Positions 12,300 through 22,149 of a DNA stretch of 35,002 bases are shown here, piece after piece. Each line of letters begins with the position of its first letter. Positions within the stretch are counted from its first letter, which is position 1. Origin of the DNA: Welwitschia mirabilis (Eukaryota); the NCBI GenBank assembly GCA_051453625.1, contig JBOZIK010000001.1, forward strand, positions 8,835,939 to 8,870,940. The letters run 5' to 3'. The notes under the pieces are model-generated. The model was not told where the DNA came from, searched no databases, and saw only the letters and a list, made by a program, of their open reading frames with translations. The position numbers and the translations under genes were made by a program.

Positions 12300-13690
12300 T
12301 ATAACTATGAATAACCTTCATTATAAGAAAGTCAAAAGATGTCAACGCATCACTTAATAATAGACATTAATGTAAAAGTTACTGAGATAGATCCAAAGGA
12401 TTAAGTATGCATTCATTATGTCAACTTGGTTCATTTTTGTTTGGATTATTCACCTCTTTGTAGCTACATTTTCTCTCTTCATGTAAGCAATCACTTATAC
12501 AACATGAATTTTAACACATTTAGTAAGGCTCTTATTATATCAGAAGTGTAATTTAACTTCACGGGCTCTTTGTCCTCTAATGTGATGTTTAAAGTTTCTA
12601 ATTTTCATGGTCCTCCACGACAAAATAAAGAGCCTACAAACAAACCTCATTAGCTTAAGGACAATCATCAGGATAAAGGAAAAGCTTATAGCAATAGCAA
12701 TCTACTATGCCGACTCCATGTAATTAGCCTCAACAAAAGAACAAACTAGATTAAAATATTATTACTCCTGAAAAATAAATATCAATGCTCATGGTGTAAA
12801 AGACAGGGTTACACACAGACTTCTATAGGATTTCTTAGGAAAAGATCAAATCTACCCTTAAGGCAAACGTAATAACCAAAGAATTTAGTTCATTTAAAGA
12901 TGTTAAATCTTTTTAATCCAACATAGTTTTTAAAAATTTGATTTTATCACTATAAGTGGGTACATACTTTAATATGAAGCATGGATTTTTAATATGAGAG
13001 CAACTTATTACATGACTTATAAGCATGATTATTTTGATACCTTTGTTGAAGCACCAAGCCATGTATATCTAGCAAATAGAACATTGATTCCTGTGAAAGG
13101 GTATGATTCAATTATGCGTGACTTAACATCACTCTCTCCACAAAGAATCTCACATTTTCTCTATGTGCCTTCATTAAGGTTACATCCTCTTTCTCTTTTA
13201 GTTGTGTTGAGAGATGATCACTCAATCTTAATGACAAAGCATTTTGTGAACATTTTTAACAGGAACAATTAGTTAGTTATAAAAGGATACATAGATGGAA
13301 ATCTTGCTCATCTTTGAGGATGTATCAAAATGCATGAAATATCCTACACAATTTCCCCAGATAATATTTCTTCATTTTTGTTATAGCATGTTTAATTAGA
13401 ACATCCCAAGATACAAACATTGAATGCCATGTGTGAGAATGGACATCATCTTCTTTTATCCATTCCAAGGGATTTTCCTTAATGTGAAGCATGCATTATG
13501 GGTAAAGTAACTAAACAATAATTTGCACTAAGTAAGTGGAATGCAGATTGTAAGCATTATCTTATACATAATGATTTATGTCACTTAATACTAGTTCCCA
13601 CAGTCTAAGGCTTTCGGTACTTCACCTTATTTATTTATGATCATACTCAAATGGCTTGGGTGTACTTTATCAAGACTAAATCTCAAGATT
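12300..13690 (+). mobile_element. Old Ty1/Copia gag-pol relic, 5' part (knuckle, protease, GAG-pre-integrase, integrase start)
   Basis: Motifs in Copia order: 'QCSWCKRQGY' knuckle (~12783), 'AWIFNMRATYYMT...VYLANRTLIPVKG...FLYVPSL' protease, 'L*HV*LEHP' and 'CEACIMGK' zinc-binding domain, 'LIHNDLC' and 'FIYDHTQMAWVYFIKTKSQ' integrase core. Confidence 0.9.
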
Positions 13691-13828
13691 TGATGTTGCG
13701 GTGTGTATTTGTGCAATAGTTCACGTTTCAATCTCAATCTTGTTAATTATAAATAAGATCCAAAATACAACACGCTAGTATAGACGGAGTGATCCGAATG
13801 TCGTAATTCCGTCGAAGGCCAATGGTAT
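13691..13828. mobile_element. End of a younger insertion (probable LTR terminus) interrupting the Copia integrase
   Basis: The integrase frame breaks at TGATGTTGCG (TG start). There are 8 CpGs in 138 bp, against CpG-depleted flanks. The segment runs into the gap. Confidence 0.6.
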
Positions 13829-13928
13829 NNNNNNNNNNNNNNNNNNNNNNNNNNNNNNNNNNNNNNNNNNNNNNNNNNNNNNNNNNNNNNNNNNNNNNNN
13901 NNNNNNNNNNNNNNNNNNNNNNNNNNNN
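13829..13928. other. Assembly gap (100 N), likely hiding several kb
   Basis: The two sides belong to different elements, and the SIRE-like 3' LTR is not visible. Confidence 0.9.
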
Positions 13929-14199
13929 TGATAATCTCAACATTATAATATACTTATGGAAATGTGCCATTTTTAGAGCATGAAGTTCAAAATGATGCCA
14001 ATCACTATGTCATAACTAATGGAACTTATCCTAGCATCATGTAAAAAGATTTTGATCACTAAAAAATCTAAATAATATTTATGCAAGAGTGTGATAATGA
14101 AAGCATAAGATAAGAAAAATAAATGTGTCAAACACAATATATGTAATAATAAGCATGATATTAAAAAGATGTTAAACAACATGAATGTATACCAAAATG

Positions 14200-16102
14200 A
14201 TAAGAAGGGATCATCAATACAACAGATGACACTCTTGGATCTAATCTAAGATCTCATAATGAAGAGTTTCAATCCCAACAGAGTGTCCTCAACTTGGAAG
14301 CTAAAGTATCCAACTGATCTATCACTAATTTTCCATATACTTCTCCTCCTTTTTGGACATTAACAGAAGGCTCTAATCACTGAGATCTGAGTCACTCGTG
14401 TAATTCTCACCTTGGTCTTCTTTATAACTATCATCACTATGATGGGTGATGGAGAGGAGCTATGTGTATGATGACAATGAAGAGGGTGGTGATGTATGCC
14501 TCTTCCTTGAGGAACACTGTGATGTCTCATAAGGACCTACAAAGGCCTATCTCCTCATACATTAATACATTTGAAGAGTGATAAAAGTCTCAAAGAAGTT
14601 GGTGATGTCCGTCTCTGTGAAGGTAGATGGAAGCAAATAGATGAGATTAGTTTAATCTAAATAGGCTCTATATGCAAAGGTGGAGATAATGGTGGATGAA
14701 CTGAAGGTGAAGAAGGTGCATGTGGTGGTGAAGAAGGTCTAGGTAGTGATGGTGGCTGTGAATATCTATGGAATGGAATTTTACGATGAGAATGCTGAAA
14801 GATAAGCGGTGGAGCATCTAAGCTCTTAGACTTAACCTCCTACAGTGTTGGCCTCTGCTGAGAAAAACCTGGAGCCGATGTCTCCCCTTGTACATGAGTC
14901 CCTATGGGAGTCTAGTACTCCTCCTGAACCTATCTCTCATCTTCAGAAGACTCCTCTAAAGATTCACTGTCTACTGCTTGGCCTGAGTTAAATCCTATGC
15001 CAAATGGAACTGATGGTTCTGCTTCTTCCTCTACATCTAACTCCTCCTCTAAGTCTAACCATGTTGGAGTCCTTATGAATTCCCAACTCTCGACTAGTGC
15101 CTCTCCTTTGCTTATTGTAAATTTGTGTTTCTTCAACCTTAGAAGATTTCTTCAAAATTTGTCCACCATCTTGGCTATTGCCTTTAATTCCTTTTTAACT
15201 AAGGAAGATTTGTGTGTAATGGAAAATAATCTCTTCATCTATGAGATCCTTTTGCTTATGCCTTTACCTAGAGTCATAAGTGCTCTTTGTTTCTCACTAA
15301 ATTTTGCCAATGGTTTCTTTTAACAAATGAGGTTAACCTATGGCACTTAAATATCTGCATTGCTAATGATTAAGCTAATAAGACATGGATGGCCCAAGGT
15401 CTGCCATTTATAGAATAATGAAATAATATTCATACATGGTATAAAACCCAAATCTATTTAAAAACCTATGAGTACAAAATATACAACGAAGATCTTCATA
15501 GGTTTGTAATAGCTGTAGTTGCCTCCTATAATCAAAATGTTGTAAAAAGTTACTAAATCAAGAAAAGAGGCATCAAGTATCATATATTTCTCTCAATGTT
15601 CTTAATAAAGTTCATTGTATTATATCCAAATAAAATATTTCTCATTTAATGCCTAAACACATTAATAATTCTAAAACTGAAAATCTCTCTAAATGAATTG
15701 TTGTAAAACTAAGGGACATTAGTATCATTTATACCAAGTAGAGAATTAATAAAACTTGGAATAATATGCAAATTTACACTTTTGACCTATGTCTAAAATA
15801 CACTAGAATTTTATTTAAATTCATGAATGTTTGCATAGAATTCTCTTACCACTGGATCTAGAGTAGGCTAAACTAGTTGGATAATCATTTCCCAACTAAG
15901 CTGAATAAAGTAGCTTATGATCTAATCTCTAAATCTCTTCTAAAAATCAATGGTTATCTTTGTAATTATGAAGTTTATTAACCATGCTCTAAATATTCTT
16001 TTTACTACCTCATCATAAGACTAAGGTTCATACTAAGATCTGGCTCATTTTGTGGCTTGTTTTTTTGGCTCTGGAAGTTCTTGTTACCTTTTTTCTTATC
16101 AT
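14200..16102 (-). pseudogene. env-like extra ORF of the SIRE-like element (plant transposon protein domain plus acidic and Pro-rich tail), many stops
   Basis: One frame is largely retained: 'SWEMII...PVVREFYANI...VKSVNLHIIPSFINSLLG', 'YNIL...VYFVLIGF*IDLG...LGHPCLISLI', then 'LEEELDVEEEAE...EESSEDER' and 'PPSLPRPSSPPHAPSSPSVHPP'. Confidence 0.75.
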
Positions 16103-16180
16103 ATTTATGAAATAGAACTGGATACTAATAAAATATCAACTAACATGAAAGAAACTATGAAAAATATGCACCTGTTCAAG

Positions 16181-16500
16181 AAAATCCTCTATTCTTGCTT
16201 GTTGTTAAGATGTCTCACAAATCCAAGACACCTAGCTAGAGAAATCTAAGAAAAATGAAGTCTAAAAAATCACCTAAGAGTAACACATGTTAAGAAGAGA
16301 CTTGAAAATAAGATTTGATGGTTTCTTTTGGGTTTTGACCCTTTTTAATATCTAAAGAAACCACCAAATCTTATTTTCAAGTCTCCGCTCAACACATTTT
16401 ACTCTCAGTGATTTTTCAGACTTTGTTTTTCTTAGATTTCTCTGGCTAGATGTCTTGGATTTGTGAGACCTCTCAAAAACAAGAAAGAATAGAGGAGTTT
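16181..16500. repeat. Long inverted repeat, arms ~145 bp, loop ~25 nt
   Basis: 16185-16328 against the reverse complement of 16354-16496 shows about 17 substitutions plus 1 indel by hand alignment (~87% identity). Confidence 0.95.
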
Positions 16501-17211
16501 TAGAATTATCAATGTGTTTAGGCATTAACTCATAAGATGTTTTGAGAGGAGAGTTGAAAGGGTCAACTCATAAGATAAGTGCAATGGAGATGGGATGTTA
16601 AGGATGTTATCTATTTACTTACCTGATTAGGCAAAATGCAATCTCTAAATACATGAATTGATGTATCTTTTAGTCCCTTGAGATTTTGTATTCTTATTAA
16701 AATCTTGATCTTTGTTGCATTGGGTTATGACATAATCGTTGTGCCTTGATTGACTACATATGTGATAAACATGCTTCTTCTCTTATCTAAGATCTGATTT
16801 AGCTTTAGGTACCTAAACTTTCCTTGGTCTATTTTACACAAAATGATGTACCAATCTACTATGCCTCTTGGCATTCTTAGTGTAGTACTTATCTTTTAAA
16901 TTTATTAGACATCTATATTGATAATGACCTTTACAATGACAATAATAGTAAATGATGTCATTTGTATATGACAAGTGCTCATACTTCATCTTATAACTCC
17001 ACCTTTCGAACAAAGGAGCTAAAGGGGTAGTTGTCACCTCCTTGTATCCCAATCCTCTCTTATCTTTTGAACTTCTGCTTTGTTCAAGCATGATATTTAA
17101 AGTTTCTTTGCCTTGAGTAAATTTTTTAATAATTTTTTTAAATCTTAAAGTCCTTGTCTTACATTCTTTAAAACACATGTTAGTCTACCAATTGCATCTT
17201 TAAGGACTAAG

Positions 17212-17810
17212 NNNNNNNNNNNNNNNNNNNNNNNNNNNNNNNNNNNNNNNNNNNNNNNNNNNNNNNNNNNNNNNNNNNNNNNNNNNNNNNNNNNNNNNNN
17301 NNNNNNNNNNNNNNNNNNNNNNNNNNNNNNNNNNNNNNNNNNNNNNNNNNNNNNNNNNNNNNNNNNNNNNNNNNNNNNNNNNNNNNNNNNNNNNNNNNNN
17401 NNNNNNNNNNNNNNNNNNNNNNNNNNNNNNNNNNNNNNNNNNNNNNNNNNNNNNNNNNNNNNNNNNNNNNNNNNNNNNNNNNNNNNNNNNNNNNNNNNNN
17501 NNNNNNNNNNNNNNNNNNNNNNNNNNNNNNNNNNNNNNNNNNNNNNNNNNNNNNNNNNNNNNNNNNNNNNNNNNNNNNNNNNNNNNNNNNNNNNNNNNNN
17601 NNNNNNNNNNNNNNNNNNNNNNNNNNNNNNNNNNNNNNNNNNNNNNNNNNNNNNNNNNNNNNNNNNNNNNNNNNNNNNNNNNNNNNNNNNNNNNNNNNNN
17701 NNNNNNNNNNNNNNNNNNNNNNNNNNNNNNNNNNNNNNNNNNNNNNNNNNNNNNNNNNNNNNNNNNNNNNNNNNNNNNNNNNNNNNNNNNNNNNNNNNNN
17801 NNNNNNNNNN
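17212..17810. other. Assembly gap (599 N) inside gag
   Basis: Run of N between collinear gag segments. Confidence 0.97.
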
Positions 17811-18220
17811 ATAATCTTTTTGTCTTTGTACATAACTTTTAAAAATTAATAAACTCTTTAGAAATTAAATCATATTTTTCTTGAATAGGAATCCTCAGTA
17901 TTTGAATCATACCCATCTTCTAAATTATTGTTTTCATCTTTAGTGGATCTATAGCCATGTAGGAAAGATGTGCTTTCTCATTATCTGGTGCTTCTTTTTC
18001 TAAAGCCTTATCATCTTCATGCCATCTAATAAAGAATGATGTCTTCTTTTTGGGCTCCTTCTTTTGTTCATCTTTCTGCAATCTATTAGTACTAGGGCAT
18101 TTCGAGGCAATATGTCCTCTACCTCCACGTATCCAACATTCTATTTTGAAAACATTTGATCAAGAAGAAGTATTAGATGATTTACCTTTACTTCTACCTT
18201 TTTCTTGAAATTCTGATGAC

Positions 18221-18405
18221 CTTGTACTTGTGTGAGAGTAGTCTTTTTAATTGTGTGAGAATAGTCTTTTTACTCTTTATGGGATAAAGGCTAGTTTCTT
18301 ATCTTCTCTTGTACTTGTGTGAGAGTAGTCTTTTTACTCTTCTCTTGTACTTGTATGAGAGTAGTCATTTTACTCTTTATTGGATAAAGGCTAGTTCCTC
18401 ATCTT
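18221..18405. repeat. Complex tandem duplications inside gag
   Basis: Four copies of a TTGTGTGAGAGTAGTCTTTTT-like motif and two of CTTTAT(T)GGATAAAGGCTAGTT. Confidence 0.9.
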
Positions 18406-19194
18406 CATCATTAGAATCATCATCTTCATGATCTTATTTTACCTTTTCTTTTGATCTTTGGTTTGTGCTTTGGCTTGCCTTAAGTGCAATGAGTTTCTCC
18501 TTCAAGTCTCCATCTTATATGAGGTTCATTTTATATGTTGTAAGTGTGCTTTCTAGTTCTTCTATCTTCATGGTATTGAAATCTCTAGATTCTTCCATGG
18601 TCGTGGTCTTAGGCATATAATTAGAGGTTAGTAATCTAATAACTTTTTGTATAACCTTTGCTTCTTGAAGATCCTCTTCAATACCATGTATTGCATTCAC
18701 AATGTTTACAACTTTTGTAAAGTACTCGTGAACTTTCTCTACTTAGTTCATTTTTAAATTTTCAAATTGATTTATCCAAAATAAAACTTAGATTATTTTC
18801 TAATGGAAGTACCTTCATATATTCCAATTAGAACATTCCAAATTTCTTATGCCATTTTTCAATCTTCTATTCTATTAAACTCTTCTATAGATAAAATGAA
18901 ATAAAGATAATTTTTATCTTTATAGTCATACATGAATGCACCTTTTTCTTAGTCTATCTAGTATTTCCTTTTCTTTATTTGAGTAGTAGTATTTCCTGTA
19001 GCATTTGTAATAATCTTCATAGGTTCTATGCAAACTTCTTCTTTGTTCTACCATACCTAAAACTCAAAATACTATAAGTACACCTACATCCTCATCTTCT
19101 AATAGGTATAGTTTATCCCATCGAAGAGCAGCGGTTTAACAGATGGCACCCCTTTCATGTTCACTCAAGAAAGTTACCGGTTTCATGAATACTT

Positions 19195-19206
19195 GCTCTA
19201 GTACCA
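19195..19206 (-). promoter_or_regulatory. Primer binding site (tRNA-iMet type)
   Basis: Minus strand TGGTACTAGAGC against canonical TGGTATCAGAGC, 2 nt from the LTR end and just upstream of gag. Confidence 0.85.
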
Positions 19207-19208
19207 CT

Positions 19209-20568
19209 TAATGATTAATTTGAACTCAGAGGAAAAGGGTGAATGAGTTTCACCAAATAAAATATAAAGCAAACAACAAAATAAAAATGCACAATGGAAG
19301 ACCTTACCAAATAAGGTGGTTCCCCAACCTGAGTATGTCTCCACAGAGAGGGTAGCTTCTACTTACACCTCTAGATATTCTTGACCTATAAGAAATAGTG
19401 GTTTTTTGGTACACCACCCACCTTACAATAGGTAAGAGTATCCTTTTAAAGCAGCACTCTCCCCCTCAAGGGAATAGTGGTTTTCACATGTGCATCATGA
19501 ACCTTTACAATAATGAGAGTATCCTCAAAAGGAAGCACTTTTTCTCCTACAAGGGAATAATGGTTTTCTAGCTAACCAATAATCCTACATTTCACAAGTG
19601 CTTAAAAGCATAATAACCAATGGACACCCCTACAAGAGTTTCCTTATAAAGTATTTGAGTATTTAAGAAATGGACTCTACAATGTTATTCAAAAATAAAA
19701 TAGTTCATAATGAATAACCAAAATACAATACAACAAGAAGCCTGAATATGCTTTGATGAAGACTTTAAGATCTTTGAAGTTATTCTTTCATCACAAGTAT
19801 GAATGAGGAAGATGGTTGCAATGAAGATCCAAATCCAAGGGATGAAATAATGCTAGCTCCTTGCTACTGAAACTTTTGATTTTTTCATGAGGCTCCCTTT
19901 ACTCATGCTTTCAAGATCTATAAGTTTAATTGATTCAATGAAGTATCAAAATTTCTACTTGTATTTTTAATATCGAAGTTTTATAATGATGAGAAACATA
20001 TAGCCAGTTGAGCTTGGAACGTAGCCATTTGAATCTGCAATTTTTGTGCAATGAATAGCTAATGTCTATGCTTTGGGTGTGTAACTTTGATTTTAATCAA
20101 CGTGAACTTTGGATCAAGACGTCTTAAATTTTATAGACATCTTCTTTTCAAACATCTTTACTTTTGTAGATGTCTTGAGTCAACTTACCCAGATTCTGAT
20201 GAATTTTGCACTATAGTATTCTTGAACCTCTGTGATCATGAATCCATTATGTATAAGTTCATAGCACACCTAAAACATAAGTTATTAGTCAAAAATTAAT
20301 TGACTATATTGCTTGTTCCAGCTCAGTACATTCTAAACGTCTTCAATTTCTAGACGTCTTAGCTTAAGATGTCTTTAATTTTCAATTTCTCAAATGTCTT
20401 TAATCAATTGAATTTACACTTTAGCATCTGATCCTTTTCAAGAGATATTTCCTTTGAATATCCATCATGATCTGGTATTGTTAAAAGCTTGATGCATCTG
20501 TAATAACCTGTCTATACAAGACACAAAATGTCTGACAAGTGGAATTATAAAATCTAGATTTTCCAACA
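19209..20568 (-). repeat. 5' LTR (~1360 bp) of the SIRE-like element
   Basis: TGTTGGAA start. Palindromic AGACGTCT motif clusters at ~20114-20177 and ~20333-20400. Degenerate TATA near 19960-19970. About 80-bp repeats at 19393-19590. C-rich U5 motif at 19228-19244. The terminal CA has decayed to TA. Confidence 0.8.
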
Positions 20569-21448
20569 TAAATACTAGATGAAAATAGGAAATTTAAGAA
20601 ATAATTCATATTAGAAGAATTTAAGATAAAACATGAAACTTAGCATGGTACTATGCTTCTTAAAGTAAATTAATTCTTTTATATATAGAAGCCATTTTTT
20701 AGTTTGTAGCTTATATTCATAACCTCTTAAATTCCACTATTAGTAAACCTTCTAAAAGGACATTCAACATAACATAAGGAAAAGATTGATTTTATCAAGA
20801 AAAGATTTGGATTAAAAAAATGAAGCATTTAAAAATAGGTTTTAAATTTTTATCTTGAACAATTTAGAGTAATTTTAAAATAAAAATCACTTCAAAGGAC
20901 TTAAGAATACATAGAAGAAAAGAAGAAATTTTATTTAAATAATACTAGAGAAAGTATCTATCCAAAGATAACCTACTTAAGTGCTACAATTTCCTTTTGT
21001 CTATAGATTTAGATTAGTAGGAAAAGAATGATATCTCATTCATTTATGATTGAAATAGGTATATGATCCCAATCCATCAACAAGAAAAATCTTCTTAAAT
21101 TTCTAATTATAATGTTATTAAAAAATGAATATCATGTATTTCTTAGACTTTAAAATGATAAGTTATGAAATGAATAGAACATCAAAGCCCATAATTAATT
21201 GAATTGTTTTAAGTATTACTTTGTTAATGATGTCTTTTAGTCACATGTTAAGGCTTAATTTCAATTTCTAGGTGATCAAACTACTAAATAAAAATGTTAA
21301 GTCCATAAATCAAGTATGGAAAAAACATAATTACTAAGTAGTTGAAGTTCAACACTTCCACATTAAAATATTAGAATAGTTTACCTAAATTCATTATTAT
21401 GTATAAGTAAATAATTAAGAATATAATCTATTTTCTAAAGGAGGGGAA
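20569..21448 (+). mobile_element. Continuation of the old Copia (integrase remainder, deleted RT/RNase H relic, PPT)
   Basis: 'ILDENRKF...KIKHET...MLLKV...EAIF...VAYIHNL' continues the integrase broken at 13690. 'KYYFVND' resembles the RNase H region after KHI. PPT AAAGGAGGGGAA (21437-21448) is followed directly by TG (putative 3' LTR start at 21449; its end was not found). Confidence 0.7.
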
Positions 21449-22149
21449 TGTAGTGGACTCTAAACAAAAATTTTTATATTAAGATAACAAAGTCAAATCT
21501 CCATACAGCAAAAATAACATCTAAATATCTACAAAATAAGAACTAAGGATAAAATCCTAAGAAGACTTTAATACTTAAAATATAAAATACTAATAAATGG
21601 TAATTGCATATAATAGAGTGTGAAAGGAGAGGTAGATATCTATAAGAAACTAAAGGTTCATCCACCCTATATAATAAAAATTATAGGAAGTAATTATCCT
21701 CTAAATGGATCTTTTTTATTTATAATTTAGTTTAAAAGATAACATGATGAATAATATAGGCTTCTCAGCATGATATAAATTTTTACAAGAGTATTTCTCA
21801 TGGAAAACTAAATCACGATTATGTTTTCATATTTGATATAAGATAATTAGATGAATGAATTTTCATATAACTATTCAAATATGAGGTGGATCAAGATCAT
21901 CACCAAGAAAAGTATGTTTTCAATGTAACTTGTATCCTTATAGAGATTTCAACATCCAAAACCAAATAAAAGCTGCATACCTCCATTCATAAACAATATG
22001 GAAGAGAAAAAACTTTCATCGAAGGGGTGGAAAAACCTACTAAAGACAATAGAGTTTTAAACAAAGCCCATAATGTAAAAGAAACCAAAAAATGACTCAC
22101 TTTAGCAAAGCGAGTGATTTATAAATTAAATAAAAATGAGATTTCGAAA

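Larger units (their letters stand above)
16625..19158 (-). pseudogene. gag of the SIRE-like element (with stops; 599-N gap inside)
   Basis: Motifs in order: 'KPLLFDGINYTY*KMRM*VYL', 'KVIRLLTSNYMPKTTTMEESRDFNTMKIEELESTLTTY' (UBN2-type), 'DEELAFI', knuckle 'ECWIRGGRGHIASKCP', 'KFTQGKETLNIMLEQ...KRGLGY', knuckle 'YYCHCKGHYQYRC', 'RKV*VPK'. Confidence 0.9.
13929..20568 (-). mobile_element. Sirevirus (SIRE/Maximus)-like Copia element lacking pol: 5'LTR-PBS-gag-hairpin-env-like ORF
   Basis: The LTR starts TGTTGG at 20568 and has a U5 motif ATTCACCCTTTTCCTCT. It is followed by a tRNA-iMet-type PBS, a SIRE-type gag, and a downstream ORF with 'VREFYAN'. No protease, INT, RT or RH is visible between gag and that ORF. 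Confidence 0.85.

Noticed and set aside
14997-15323. 108-aa + strand ORF
   Set aside because: Antisense shadow of the env-like pseudogene.
18221-18405. Repeat cluster as a CRISPR-like array
   Set aside because: No unique spacers of regular length, located inside a retrotransposon gag, and the context is eukaryotic.
22091-22121. Short imperfect hairpin near the LINE 3' end as a Helitron terminus
   Set aside because: No CTRR end at the expected distance, and the stem is AT-rich.
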